From Candidatus Thermosaccharophagus yellowstonensis (GTDB lineage: Bacteria > Armatimonadota > Fervidibacteria > Fervidibacterales > Thermosaccharophagaceae), in the NCBI GenBank assembly GCA_041537945.1, contig JBGOEK010000005.1:6445-70444 (forward strand): 64,000 nucleotides of DNA, written 5' to 3'. Shown here piece by piece: positions 1-9,927 of the stretch. The translations under genes were made by a program, and so were the position numbers. Each line of letters starts with the position of its first letter. Positions within the stretch are counted from its first letter, which is position 1. The notes under the pieces were generated by a model. The model was given only the letters and a program-made list of their open reading frames with translations, had not been told where the DNA came from and ran no database searches.

Positions 1-8
1 GGAGGGAA

Positions 9-845
9 ATGGGCTTGCATGAAAGGCTGGTTGACGCAACAGTGCTTGATTACTTATGGCAGATCCCGATCCTGCTTGAAGAGAGCGATGTTATCGCCGA
101 TGACATCAAGTTGCTTTCAGCGCAAGCCAGTTTGACCTCCCTACCAGACGGGGTCATCAGCTACGGTGACGAAATATTCGTTGAGGAAGGAGCTCGCATC
201 TATGGCGGTGTCGTCATATCGGCTGAGGATGGACCAGTATTCATCTCCTCTCGTTCCTCAATAACTCCTCCGACATTCATTCAGGGACCTTCGTTCATCG
301 GCAGTGGGACACATGTCGACGGTGCGAAGATTAGACCTGGGACAGTTCTCGGTCCGGTGTGTCGCATCGGTGGCGAGGTTGAAGCTACGGTTTTTCACGG
401 CTACTCAAACAAGCATCATGACGGCTTCATCGGGCACGCATATGTTGGTGAGTGGGTGAATATCGGAGCGATGACAACTTGCAGTGACTTGAAGAACACC
501 TATGGAACTGTGAGGGTATGGGTGAACGGTGAGATGGTTGAGACTGGTGAGCTTAAAGTAGGTTGCTTCATTGGCGACCATAGCAAGCTCGGTATCGGCG
601 TTATGCTTACAACGGGTGCGGTTACAGGCATTGCTTGCAACATCTACGGTGCTGAGGTGACTCCGAAGTTTGTCCCGTCTTTCTCTCGGGGGAACTCAGA
701 AGAAGGTTTCGTCGTTCACGAGCTTGATAAAGCGATAGCTACAGCAGCGAAGATGATGAGCCGAAGGAAGGTTGAGCTCACAAAAGCCGAAGAGGGGTTA
801 CTGCGGAAGGTTTTTGAGCTTACAGCCTCAGAGAGGCAAAAGTGA
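9..845 (+). CDS. Hexapeptide-repeat (left-handed beta-helix) transferase, GlmU C-terminal-like; possibly 5'-partial
   Basis: 278-aa ORF with successive [LIV]-G-x4 turns (IGSGTHVDGAKIRPGTVLGPVCRIGGEVEA; VGEWVNIGAMT; IGDHSKLGIGVML). GGAGG at 1-5 precedes ATG-9, but the frame stays open to base 1, so the 5' end cannot be fixed. Confidence 0.55.
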   Translation: MGLHERLVDATVLDYLWQIPILLEESDVIADDIKLLSAQASLTSLPDGVISYGDEIFVEEGARIYGGVVISAEDGPVFISSRSSITPPTFIQGPSFIGSGTHVDGAKIRPGTVLGPVCRIGGEVEATVFHGYSNKHHDGFIGHAYVGEWVNIGAMTTCSDLKNTYGTVRVWVNGEMVETGELKVGCFIGDHSKLGIGVMLTTGAVTGIACNIYGAEVTPKFVPSFSRGNSEEGFVVHELDKAIATAAKMMSRRKVELTKAEEGLLRKVFELTASERQK

Positions 846-920
846 AGGCTACACTTCAATCGCTCAATAAGTGCTGTTCATAGCTTCTCAATCGAGCTAC
901 GAAGCTGGTGATGAACACCG

Positions 921-2153
921 ATGGGATGGCTGTTCAAACCGGGGACGCCTTTTAAACAACTCAGCGCCGATCTCAACAGGCATTACAAGGAGATTATGAA
1001 TGGCGGTGGCGAGAGCTTCTACCTCATCTTCGGTGAGGAAAGCTTCCTCGTGCACCGCATCACTAAGCGATTGATCACCGCGTTCACAGCCCAAGATGAA
1101 TCAGACGGTGAGTCCGTTAAACTGCTTGAAGGCGATGAAGCAACGGATGTGTCCATATCAAAGGCTGTCTTGAGCTGTCCTATGAGCGTGCTCTTTGGGA
1201 GGAGGTATTTGGTCGTAGCTCGCAACCCATCGCTCTCAGAGTTGCAACCTCAGAGCACCACAACAAGGGGCAGGCGCACAAAGACACCTCAAAAAGCATC
1301 GACGCACCTCATCAACATCATTGAGAGGGGATTGCCTATAGGAGTTGTGCTCATCATCTCCGTTGATGCGCCACTTGAAATGGAGCATCCACTTGTTCAG
1401 GTAGCTCTCAAGCATGGATGCGCCATTTACTTCAGCAAGTTGAAGCGCTACGAGTTGGTCACATTCGTCGAGTGGGTATGCAAGCGCCTCGGAATACAGA
1501 TGGAACGAGACGCCATACAAGAGTTGCTCATGCGCGTCGGCGAAGATCTGTGGCAGATAAACTCGGAGGTCGAGAAGCTCACAGCTTACATTGGTGAGCG
1601 AAGCAAAGTAACGCTTGATGATGTCCGTGAGCTCGTCCCATCGCTCAGTGGCGATGTTTTCAAGCTCACCGAGTTGTTGGTTCACGGTAGCATTGATGAT
1701 GCAAGGTCGCTCATGAGCTCTCTCCTTTCAAGAGGGGAGCCACTTGCAAAGATACTCTACATGCTTGCAAGGCATTATAGATTGCTCATCCAAGCTCGTT
1801 GGCTCCTTGAGAAGCGCATCATTACAAGACAGCATATTGAAACACTTGAGTTGGAGTGGCGTGAGCATTCTGGATATGAGCACGATTTGAAAGAGCGTCT
1901 CCAAGCTAAGCTGACTGAAGAGGCACGCTCAAAGTTACCCGATGGCGAGCGCCTATCTTTGTTGGCGCAGCACCCTTATGTCATAAAAATGCTTTTGAGT
2001 CAATCCGAGCTATACACGCTACCGAAGCTTATGAACGCCCTTTCAGTGTTGCATGATGCCGATGTTGCCCTTAAGACTGGCGGTTCTGCGAAGGACGAGG
2101 AAGTCGCAGATTGGCTCGTCATAAGGCTCTGCCAAGTCGCAAAAAGTCATTAG
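921..2153 (+). CDS. holA: DNA polymerase III delta subunit
   Basis: 410 aa. The N-terminal FYLIFGEESFLV segment and the C-terminal helical region (DVFKLTELLVHGSIDDARSLMSSLLSRGEPLAKILYMLARHYRLL) match my recollection of the HolA family pattern. Carries a basic/Thr-rich insertion (QPQSTTTRGRRTKTPQK). Confidence 0.7.
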   Translation: MGWLFKPGTPFKQLSADLNRHYKEIMNGGGESFYLIFGEESFLVHRITKRLITAFTAQDESDGESVKLLEGDEATDVSISKAVLSCPMSVLFGRRYLVVARNPSLSELQPQSTTTRGRRTKTPQKASTHLINIIERGLPIGVVLIISVDAPLEMEHPLVQVALKHGCAIYFSKLKRYELVTFVEWVCKRLGIQMERDAIQELLMRVGEDLWQINSEVEKLTAYIGERSKVTLDDVRELVPSLSGDVFKLTELLVHGSIDDARSLMSSLLSRGEPLAKILYMLARHYRLLIQARWLLEKRIITRQHIETLELEWREHSGYEHDLKERLQAKLTEEARSKLPDGERLSLLAQHPYVIKMLLSQSELYTLPKLMNALSVLHDADVALKTGGSAKDEEVADWLVIRLCQVAKSH

Positions 2154-2171
2154 CAGTGTGGATCGGGGAAC

Positions 2172-3395
2172 ATGCTCGCAATACAATATCGCAAAAGCTT
2201 GCCTCTGTTCCTGCTCTCGAAACTTCTTGGGAAACGCTTCCCGCATTACTGTATCGGTTGGTGGTCTCCGACGCGCCTCGTTGAGTTGGAGGAGCAAAAA
2301 CTGCCGTCACCAAACTGGGTGAGGGTCAAGACGCTCCTTGCGGGGATATGCGGGTCGGACATTGATGTCATAACTTCTCGCAGTAGCTTTTACTTCGCAC
2401 CCATCACCTCATACCCGTTTGTGCTTGGGCACGAAGCGGTTGGGAGGGCGGTTGAGGTTGGGAGCAAAGTTTCAAAGGTGAAAGTTGGTGACAGGGTGGT
2501 GCTCGAGCCAGCTTTGAGCTGTCCTGTAAGGGAGTTGAAACCGTGCCCATATTGTGAGGCTGGGTTGTTCGGGAACTGCGAGCGCATAACTGAGGGCATC
2601 ATCTCAAGCGGTGTTCAAACTGGATATTGCCGTGACACTGGTGGTGCGTGGAGTGAGTGCTTCGTTGCACATGAGCACCAACTGCATTTAGTTCCCGATG
2701 AAATCCCCGATGAAGTTGCGGTGCTCGTTGAGCCGTTTTCCTGCGCTATGCATGCGGTGTTGCGTGCTCGCCCATCCAAAGACTGCAAAGTGCTTGTCAT
2801 AGGGTGTGGCACGATCGGCTTGATGACCATCAAATCACTCAGGTTGATTGGTTTCGATGGTCACATAAGTGCAATAGCAAAGTATCCGCATCAAAGGGAA
2901 TGGGCAAAGCTACTTGGGGCGGATGTGGTTGTGAAGCCAGATAAATGGCTTTACGATGAGTTGGGAGCAATAACGGAAGCCAAAATACTAAGGGGCGATT
3001 TCGGCATATGCACGGTTGTGGGCGGATACGATGTCGTGTTTGATTGCGTCGCATCCTCACAAAGCATAAACGACGCCATCAAATGGACGAGGGCTCGCGG
3101 TAAGCTCATACTTGTTGGCATGCCATCAATACCTAAAGGCGTTGACTTGGCACCAGTGTGGCACAAGGAATTGCATATACTCGGCTCATACGCTTACGGG
3201 GTCGAAAGGATTGGCGAGAGAAAAATACACACGATTGATCTGGTCATAGAGATGCTCCTTAAGGAATGGCGCGAGGTGCGCGGGATGCTGACACACACAT
3301 TCCCGCTGACGCGCTACAGGGAAGCGATCGCAGTGAGCGCTCGTCCGGGCAGGCACAAAGCGATAAAGGTGGCTTTTGATATGCGTCAGCAGTAG
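2172..3395 (+). CDS. Zinc-dependent medium-chain dehydrogenase/reductase (alcohol/polyol/threonine dehydrogenase-like) with about 40-aa N-terminal extension
   Basis: GICGSD, GHEAVG and GDRVV zinc/catalytic motifs, a structural-zinc Cys cluster (CPxxxxxxCPYCxxxxxxxC) and a GCGTIG Rossmann motif. Confidence 0.8.
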   Translation: MLAIQYRKSLPLFLLSKLLGKRFPHYCIGWWSPTRLVELEEQKLPSPNWVRVKTLLAGICGSDIDVITSRSSFYFAPITSYPFVLGHEAVGRAVEVGSKVSKVKVGDRVVLEPALSCPVRELKPCPYCEAGLFGNCERITEGIISSGVQTGYCRDTGGAWSECFVAHEHQLHLVPDEIPDEVAVLVEPFSCAMHAVLRARPSKDCKVLVIGCGTIGLMTIKSLRLIGFDGHISAIAKYPHQREWAKLLGADVVVKPDKWLYDELGAITEAKILRGDFGICTVVGGYDVVFDCVASSQSINDAIKWTRARGKLILVGMPSIPKGVDLAPVWHKELHILGSYAYGVERIGERKIHTIDLVIEMLLKEWREVRGMLTHTFPLTRYREAIAVSARPGRHKAIKVAFDMRQQ

Positions 3396-3423
3396 CATGT
3401 GCAGTCTCGAAGGTGGGTTGCGA

Positions 3424-4959
3424 ATGAGCGGCATAGTGTGGCTTGTTGGAGCAGGTGTGGGCGACATCGGACTTATAACGATGCGTGCGCTCGAATGCAT
3501 CAGTCAAGCGGATTGCATCGTTTATGACAGGCTCATTAACAAGGCGGTGTTGCGATACGCAAGGAAAGATGCCGAATTGATATTTGTCGGCAAAGAGCCA
3601 TCAACTCATCACCTCACGCAGGAGCAAATCAATGATTTGCTCGTGGCTAAAGCAAAGAGCGGGCTTTCAGTTTGCAGGTTGAAAGGTGGAGACCCTTTCA
3701 TATTCGGTAGGGGAGGGGAGGAGGCTGAAGCCCTCGCCAACGCTGGCATACCTTTTGAAGTTGTTCCGGGCGTCTCATCATATCATGCCGTCCCTGCCTA
3801 TGCTGGGATACCGCTAACCGATAGAAGGTATTCATCGTCAGTAGCTATCGTCACAGGTTACGAGAGTGGCGAAGGTGGTGATGTTCGCTGGGAGGAAATA
3901 GCTCACGCTGTTGATACGGTGGTCGTTCTGATGGTAGTCGGGCGCATAAGAGAAGTAACGGAGAGGTTGATGCAAGGTGGCTTGGATGGATCAACGAAAG
4001 CTGCATTAATTGAGCAGGGCACGCTCCCAACTCAAAGAACAATCATCGGAACGCTCGCAACTATAGCCGACAAAGCTGAGTGTGAGGGCGTTCACCCGCC
4101 AGCTGTGCTCGTCGTTGGGAGAGTAGTTGAGCTGTGCAACAAGCTGGCATGGTTTGAGAGGAGACCGCTGTTTGGCAAGCGCATACTCATAGCGAGGGAC
4201 GAGGACAGAGGCTTTGAGATGGCTCGTATGCTTGAAGCATACGGTGCTAATGCCATTTGGTTGCCTGTGTTGAAGATTGAGCTATTGAGCAACTCACCGC
4301 AGATGCGTGAAGCAGTTATAGCACTATCAAAGGGTGCTTATGATTGGGTTGTTTTCACAAGCGTTAACGGGGTAAAGGCTCTTTTTGAGACGCTCCACTC
4401 TATGGGCATGGATGCGAGGGCATTCTCGTCAACGAAGGTTTGTGCGATTGGCGATGCCACAAGTAATGAGTTGCGTAAGGAGGGAATAATCGCAGACGCA
4501 GTGCCAGTGCAGTTCACGACCGAAGCAGTCGCAGACTTGCTTTTAAACATCGGTGTGCAAGGGAAACAGATACTCCTACCGAGGGCAGTTGGTGCATCTC
4601 GCAAGCTCGTAAACAGCCTCGTGGAAGCAGGTGCAGAAGTGCACGAGGTGGTTGCATACAATGTTTTGACCAACAATGAGTTGAGCGAAGAGGAGATAAG
4701 CGCAGTCTTCTCAAAGCCTGTTGATATTGCTTGCTTCACAAGCCCTTCATCTGTTGACGCGCTCTTCAAACTTGCGGGGGAGAAGTTAAATGCGCTCCTG
4801 CGCAACACAAAGATAGCGTGCATAGGACCTGTGACAGCAAGACGAGTTGAAGAATACGGCTTGCCAGCATCCATAATCGCATCAACGCATACAACACAGG
4901 GCTTGGTTGAGGCAATACTTTCTCACATCGCCACCCTAAACGCATCCGTGCAAAAGTGA
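3424..4959 (+). CDS. cobA: Uroporphyrinogen-III C-methyltransferase fused to uroporphyrinogen-III synthase
   Basis: N-terminal half has SUMT motifs (VWLVGAGVGDIGLIT, VCRLKGGDPFIFGRGGEE, VPGVSS). C-terminal half (about aa 265 onward) is HemD-like (VVFTSVNGV, ACFTSPSSV). The ORF-track start 3376 overlaps the upstream gene; ATG 3424 follows AAGGTGG. Confidence 0.85.
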   Translation: MSGIVWLVGAGVGDIGLITMRALECISQADCIVYDRLINKAVLRYARKDAELIFVGKEPSTHHLTQEQINDLLVAKAKSGLSVCRLKGGDPFIFGRGGEEAEALANAGIPFEVVPGVSSYHAVPAYAGIPLTDRRYSSSVAIVTGYESGEGGDVRWEEIAHAVDTVVVLMVVGRIREVTERLMQGGLDGSTKAALIEQGTLPTQRTIIGTLATIADKAECEGVHPPAVLVVGRVVELCNKLAWFERRPLFGKRILIARDEDRGFEMARMLEAYGANAIWLPVLKIELLSNSPQMREAVIALSKGAYDWVVFTSVNGVKALFETLHSMGMDARAFSSTKVCAIGDATSNELRKEGIIADAVPVQFTTEAVADLLLNIGVQGKQILLPRAVGASRKLVNSLVEAGAEVHEVVAYNVLTNNELSEEEISAVFSKPVDIACFTSPSSVDALFKLAGEKLNALLRNTKIACIGPVTARRVEEYGLPASIIASTHTTQGLVEAILSHIATLNASVQK

Positions 4960-4971
4960 TGTGCACTGGCT

Positions 4972-5925
4972 TCACTTTTGGAAGGGAGATGGCATAGGTG
5001 GTGGGAATCCCTTTTTCAGCGCTTCCATAAGCATTGAGCCGAGTTGCTGGGAGGCAGCGCTCATCGCTGCGCTGATGATTTCTTTGGTCGTTCGCTCAGC
5101 GTTAATCTTCCACGAGAGTTTTTCGCGAACGCATATGAACGGTGCTTCAAACTCAAGTTTGATTGGGGATGTGACTTTGAACTTCACCTTTACGCTTGCT
5201 TCCGAACCTTGGATAGTCGTTGCTCCGATCTCATAGTCTATGTTTTTGAGCGGTGCAAACAATGACGCACTGCCTTGCTTCTCCACTTCTGCCCTTGACT
5301 TTTCATCAAGGAATGTTTTTGCCTCTTCAATGTTCCCAGCTTTCACAGCGCTTAAGAATCGGTTCACTACTTTATCGGGCTTCTCAAGGAGGCGTGGGAG
5401 AAGAAGCACAGCGCACACCACGATGAGCGCCAAGGGGATAATGATTACCAAAGCCTTTGCAAGGCGTTTTAGCAACTGACTTACTGGGCGTTCTGTGACA
5501 GGTGCTCCAACCTTAACCGCCTTTGCAGGTGGCTTCCTTTCGGCTGGAGGTGCAACGCTCTCAGCGGGAGCAGTAACTTCTTCAGTGACAGCTTCTTGAG
5601 TTACAACTCCCTCGGTAGGCATTCCTTGAGCTTCAATTTCCTCAGTGGGTGCTTCCTGAGTTACGGTTTCCTCGGTTATCGTTTCCTCACGCACTGCCGT
5701 AATTAACTTAGTCGGAGCTTCGCTTAACTCTTTGGTTCCAGCTTCGATAGTCTCGGTGGTTTCTGTGATTTCCTGTTGCAGTGGTGGCAACGGCTGAGGC
5801 TTTGCCTCAAACCTCCTGCTGGCTATCTCGTCGGCGACCTGTGGGGGATAAAGTGGTCCAGCACACCGCCAACAGGCGAGCATGTGATCTGCGTTTTCGG
5901 CACCGCACCTTTTACAAGTTGGCAT
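4972..5925 (-). CDS. Membrane-anchored protein: N-terminal zinc ribbon, Thr/Glu-rich linker, one TM helix, C-terminal globular domain
   Basis: CKRCGAENx7CWRC zinc ribbon; low-complexity T/E repeats; hydrophobic ALVIIIPLALIVVCAVLLLP. No family recognised with confidence. Confidence 0.5.
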   Translation of the reverse strand: MPTCKRCGAENADHMLACWRCAGPLYPPQVADEIASRRFEAKPQPLPPLQQEITETTETIEAGTKELSEAPTKLITAVREETITEETVTQEAPTEEIEAQGMPTEGVVTQEAVTEEVTAPAESVAPPAERKPPAKAVKVGAPVTERPVSQLLKRLAKALVIIIPLALIVVCAVLLLPRLLEKPDKVVNRFLSAVKAGNIEEAKTFLDEKSRAEVEKQGSASLFAPLKNIDYEIGATTIQGSEASVKVKFKVTSPIKLEFEAPFICVREKLSWKINAERTTKEIISAAMSAASQQLGSMLMEALKKGFPPPMPSPFQK

Positions 5926-6090
5926 GTCCCATTCTCGCCCCCGAGTGCCTAAGCTCAGAGTCCAAAGATATTATGCACCCATCTTAACTGCGCAGTCAAA
6001 TCCAGCTCACACTGCTCATTGCGACATTTTCTTTTGGTTGGCATCATGGATATTGCAGGCATGCACAGTGCAATTGAGTGGTGATGTTAA

Positions 6091-6780
6091 ATGCCTTCCT
6101 TTGAGGCTGACCTGCCTTTGATTGAGACTGAGACGGTTCTGTTCCCGCAAGCTCGCTTGAACTTGAAGGTCAAGGGGCTACAAGGTAGGCTTGCTGTGAT
6201 GAGATGTCTTTCTCAGGATATGCCGTTTGGTGCTGTGCTTATGTGTCCCGACGGTTTTCAAAAACTCGCTGAGATGAAAGTTGTGGGGACAGCTGCTCAA
6301 ATAGTCTATGTTGAGCGTTCGTCTGACGATTCCTTGATGCTCCTTGCTCGTGGGCATAGGCGCTTTCGCATAATTGAGTTGCTCTCTGAAGAGCCATATC
6401 CAGTGGCGAGAGTTTTATTTCCGTCCACGATTGTGACCATCACAAGCGGAGTCCTTTCGCTCTCAAACAAAGTTGCAGCTATGTTTCAACGCTATGCTGA
6501 ACTTGCATACGAGCCGAGCGCTCTTAAAAGGAGAGAATTCCTACTGCCTACAAGCCCTGTTGACTTGGCTTTCGCGACTGCCACAATGCTCCACATACCA
6601 CCTCATGAGAAACAGCGCTTGCTCGAAACCTTCAACTTAAATGACTTGCTTTCGCTACTGCTTTCCATCTTGAGGCGCGAGATAGAGAAGCTAACATCCG
6701 ATGAGAGCTACAAAGATGAGGTTAGGAAGCAGGCATCTACAGCCCTCCCCAAAATGCCACCCATCGTCAACGGCTGTTAG
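6091..6780 (+). CDS. Stand-alone Lon N-terminal (LON substrate-binding) domain protein
   Basis: 229 aa. LPLIETETVLFPQARLNLKV resembles the lPlFPL..vLfPg..lpL opening of Lon N-domain proteins. No AAA+ or protease part is present. Confidence 0.5.
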   Translation: MPSFEADLPLIETETVLFPQARLNLKVKGLQGRLAVMRCLSQDMPFGAVLMCPDGFQKLAEMKVVGTAAQIVYVERSSDDSLMLLARGHRRFRIIELLSEEPYPVARVLFPSTIVTITSGVLSLSNKVAAMFQRYAELAYEPSALKRREFLLPTSPVDLAFATATMLHIPPHEKQRLLETFNLNDLLSLLLSILRREIEKLTSDESYKDEVRKQASTALPKMPPIVNGC

Positions 6781-6810
6781 TTGCCACTTCGAGTGACAGA
6801 CATTGCCAGC

Positions 6811-7662
6811 TCACTTCTGTGGCTTGGTTGAGGAGAGCGTCGATTCAATCGTTCTGAACAACTGGCTGTGCGCTTCACAGAGTTCGTATTCTCCGTTGAG
6901 TTGTGCCCTCAGCATTTCCTGTTGCCAGTGTGCGTTGAAGAGCCTGCAGGAGGCATCGTTGCAAAATGGCTCCATCGTCGCATGGTATGCTATCGCCTGA
7001 AGCAGATAGCCCTTTGTGACCTCTGTCAGGCGTTCGTCTTCCAAGTCAACGAGGGCGAAGCTTTTTATTACCTCTTGTATTGCCTCAGTGGTCATCTCAG
7101 CATGTAGCATGCTCAATGTCTGCCTGAGGATGTAAAACTGGCGTGGCTTTGCAGGTGCTTCAATCAAACCGCGAAGCGATATGATGTTAGGGAAGCCAAG
7201 GGCAATCGTGCGGGCATGCCATCTCCCAGAGGAGTTATCAAATGTTCCGATGAGGAGCTTCGTTATGACTACATGCACATAATCCAAGCCACGTTCGCTT
7301 GCAGGTATCAGCTTCCAATAGGCATCTTGCAGGTGGTAAGCGCTGTAGAATGTGCCGAGCATGTTAGGTGGGTCTTGTTTTATCCGCCTATACTCGTATT
7401 CAACCTCGGCTTCAAACGGGCTACAGACAACCTCGTTGGAGTTGATGCGAAACACTCTTGTTGCTGAGACTTCTCTGGCGAACTCAAGCATCTCTCTATC
7501 GCATCTGATGAAGAACCTTGCTGGTTCTGGGCGCACCTCCACATCCAAGGACGGCAGTATAGAGGAAACATACCGAACAAGCTCGTCAACCCTTAAGGAT
7601 GTGTATGAGGCATCCACATAGAGTTTGAGGTGGCGTGGCAAATTGTAGACTGCTGTGCGCAC
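6811..7662 (-). CDS. Hypothetical protein with C-terminal Cys3-His cluster
   Basis: 283-aa ORF with GTG start 10 nt after GGAG. C-terminus reads HATMEPFCNDASCRLFNAHW...(22 aa)...CEAH. Confidence 0.5.
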   Translation of the reverse strand: MRTAVYNLPRHLKLYVDASYTSLRVDELVRYVSSILPSLDVEVRPEPARFFIRCDREMLEFAREVSATRVFRINSNEVVCSPFEAEVEYEYRRIKQDPPNMLGTFYSAYHLQDAYWKLIPASERGLDYVHVVITKLLIGTFDNSSGRWHARTIALGFPNIISLRGLIEAPAKPRQFYILRQTLSMLHAEMTTEAIQEVIKSFALVDLEDERLTEVTKGYLLQAIAYHATMEPFCNDASCRLFNAHWQQEMLRAQLNGEYELCEAHSQLFRTIESTLSSTKPQK

Positions 7663-7706
7663 TTTCTATTGCTCCAATCCCTCGTATGTGTTGGTGTTGC
7701 AGGCGC

Positions 7707-8522
7707 TTAAGAAGTCTTTGCGATTGCTTCCTCAGCTTTCAGTTGCTTTAAGACGACCTCGGCAGCACGCGCCCCAGAGAGAAGCATTCCACCGAATGTA
7801 GGACCCATCCTTGGAAGCCCATAAACAGTCGTAACAGCCATACCGCAAACCACAAGCCCAGGGTAGACTTGCCCAGTGTGTTCCACAACCAAGTCCTCAC
7901 TTCTCTCTACCCACATAGCTCCGTAGCCACGAAGCTTTATCAAACCTCTCTCCTCGAGCTTTCGGCAAACTGCAGCGTCGTGTCCAGTTGCATCAATGAC
8001 GAACTTAGATTCAAGCGCAACAGGGTCAACACATGTTATCTCCCTCGGCAATGCTGTTATTGGTGTCCAGTTGATCACAACACCTGCCACCCTTTCATCC
8101 CTTATCACGAGATCTTCAAAGACGGTCATTTGCAAGAACTTAACACCCGCATCACACGCTGCAGCTATCAGCTTCGAACAAGCATGTGGACCATCGGCTA
8201 CAAAAAGCCCCTTTGAATGCTCAACATACGGGATGCCAAGCTCTTCCAAAACCTTGTTAGCTGGCTCTCTGAATGTGACCTTGTTCATCAAATAACCTCC
8301 TATCCAGAAGCCTCCACCGAGGTAGTTGTTGCGCTCAATCAAAAGCACCCTAACACCGTTGCCTGCAAGCTGTCTTGCAGCCATCAACCCAGCAGGTCCG
8401 CCACCAACAACTATTACATCGCATTCAACATAGGCGCTTAACTGGCTTGCGAACTGGTCAATTATAGCCCTCGTTATTTCTTGCTCGCCAACATCCGCAA
8501 AGAGAGGTCTCTCCATTTTCAT
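7707..8522 (-). CDS. thi4: Thiazole synthase, Thi4 family
   Basis: [20 protein letters not shown] dinucleotide fold, [14 protein letters not shown] and [10 protein letters not shown] motifs typical of Thi4. ATG preceded by GGAGGTGA. Confidence 0.9.
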   Translation of the reverse strand: MKMERPLFADVGEQEITRAIIDQFASQLSAYVECDVIVVGGGPAGLMAARQLAGNGVRVLLIERNNYLGGGFWIGGYLMNKVTFREPANKVLEELGIPYVEHSKGLFVADGPHACSKLIAAACDAGVKFLQMTVFEDLVIRDERVAGVVINWTPITALPREITCVDPVALESKFVIDATGHDAAVCRKLEERGLIKLRGYGAMWVERSEDLVVEHTGQVYPGLVVCGMAVTTVYGLPRMGPTFGGMLLSGARAAEVVLKQLKAEEAIAKTS

Positions 8523-8643
8523 CGTTCACCTCCTGCCTTTGATGCATGCGCTCATCCGCCATCGACAAGGGGCGTATTACTGTGGAGGTAACCTCCGTTA
8601 GCATTAGGTTAACGCATCTTTAATCATGCCGTGCTCGTTACCC

Positions 8644-9903
8644 TTATATGGCTTCGGAGAGTTTGAAGAGGGCATCGATGAATGTTTGGTCATCGCTCAG
8701 CAACTTCTCTGTTGGCTCATCTTGAGGTATCCCTTCGAGAATGGAAATAGACTGTTGTAACTGGCTTGAGGTGTCTTCAGGTGCGGAAGCTTTGACGGCG
8801 TTTGGTTGCACCACTGATGCGTTGCTTAAAGGTGTCGGTTGGGCAAGCGAGGGCAGTGATGCTAAGCGTGTTTGTGCGCGCCTTTCGACTTGCGTATCAT
8901 CCTCCACATCTGATACTTGCCCAACGAGCTTGATATCCCTGAACTGGCTTAACTCAGATGCCATCTGTTCGGAAACGGCTTTTGCCATCAGCCACTCGCC
9001 CATCCTTTCGTAACATGACTTAAGCATACTTAGAGCACGGTATCTAAGTGCTGGGTTGACTTCGTTTAATTTCGCAAACTCCCTCAAGCGCTCCACTGCC
9101 TCCGACAACTTCCCAATGCTCATCAGATGCCCAACGCTGACCAGATATGCATCAGCACTGTTTATAACAGTTGTTTCCCCCGTGAGCATGGCGCTCGGCA
9201 CAGCCACACGAAAACTGCTCTCAATGTCTCTGTCAAAGTCGCTTGCGATACCGCGAATGCTTACATCAACTCTTGCAACATCGCTCATTCTGGTGAGCGA
9301 TGAGTTTGCTAATACTGGTTGCGAAGCTATGGCTTCATACCGCTTTGGCGCTACAAATGCCCTCTGTTCGTTCGCTCTTTGATTTATCTGAGCATGCACA
9401 GGGCTCACGGTCAAAGTTTCAACAGTGCTCCCCTTTGCGCTGGCGTATGACATGGGTTGTCTACCGATGCCCTTTTGCGTCTCAGTGCTTTCATAGGTGG
9501 CAACCGTAGCATACCTTTCCATCACATCTGTCGGTGTTCGTGTTTTAATGGATGCTAACCCGAGCATGGCGACAACGATGAGAGCCATCGTGTAGGCTAT
9601 TGCATAAGGCTGTTTGAGCAATGTGCCACCGATGTAACTTAAGTTGACCCCTTTGGTGGCACCTTTTTGAGTCTTCAATTGCCTGATGCGCTCTAAAGTT
9701 CTCTCAGTGAAGTCAGGTGGCGCTGGTGTGTAAGGCATTGAACGCAGTGTTGCATGCAACCATTGATACCACATGAATTCGTTCATGCAATCCTTGCAAT
9801 TGCGGAGGTGGTGCTCAACCTCCGCTGTCGTAGCCCTGTCTAACTCACCATCTATGAGCTGTGGGATGAGAATCATATATTTTTGACATCGTCTCTTGCT
9901 CAT
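8644..9903 (-). CDS. Membrane-spanning anti-sigma factor (zf-HC2 type)
   Basis: N-terminal LIDGELDxxxxxxVEHHLRNCKDC (H-x3-C-x2-C), one TM helix (AYTMALIVVAMLGLASI), and its position 24 nt downstream of an ECF sigma gene. Confidence 0.7.
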   Translation of the reverse strand: MSKRRCQKYMILIPQLIDGELDRATTAEVEHHLRNCKDCMNEFMWYQWLHATLRSMPYTPAPPDFTERTLERIRQLKTQKGATKGVNLSYIGGTLLKQPYAIAYTMALIVVAMLGLASIKTRTPTDVMERYATVATYESTETQKGIGRQPMSYASAKGSTVETLTVSPVHAQINQRANEQRAFVAPKRYEAIASQPVLANSSLTRMSDVARVDVSIRGIASDFDRDIESSFRVAVPSAMLTGETTVINSADAYLVSVGHLMSIGKLSEAVERLREFAKLNEVNPALRYRALSMLKSCYERMGEWLMAKAVSEQMASELSQFRDIKLVGQVSDVEDDTQVERRAQTRLASLPSLAQPTPLSNASVVQPNAVKASAPEDTSSQLQQSISILEGIPQDEPTEKLLSDDQTFIDALFKLSEAI

Positions 9904-9927
9904 AACTCGGCATACCTCTTTCGCAGG

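Noticed and set aside
5550-5778. Tandem-repeat or CRISPR-like periodicity in the nucleotide sequence
   Set aside because: The repeats are imperfect, in-frame and encode a Thr/Glu-rich linker of the 4972-5925 protein. There is no repeat-spacer structure. No CRISPR array exists anywhere in the window.
8586-8598. Palindrome ggaggtaacctcc as terminator of the anti-sigma gene
   Set aside because: The stem is only 5-6 bp with a minimal loop and no following U-tract on the minus strand.
8523-8643. Possible TPP riboswitch in the 121-nt leader of thi4
   Set aside because: I read both strands. There is no CUGAGA box and no ACCUGAUCUGGAUAAUGCCAGCG-like pyrimidine-sensor helix in the correct order. Only a short ggaggt-a-acctcc palindrome and a GGUUAA fragment occur, and those are on the wrong strand. 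cmscan with RF00059 would settle it.
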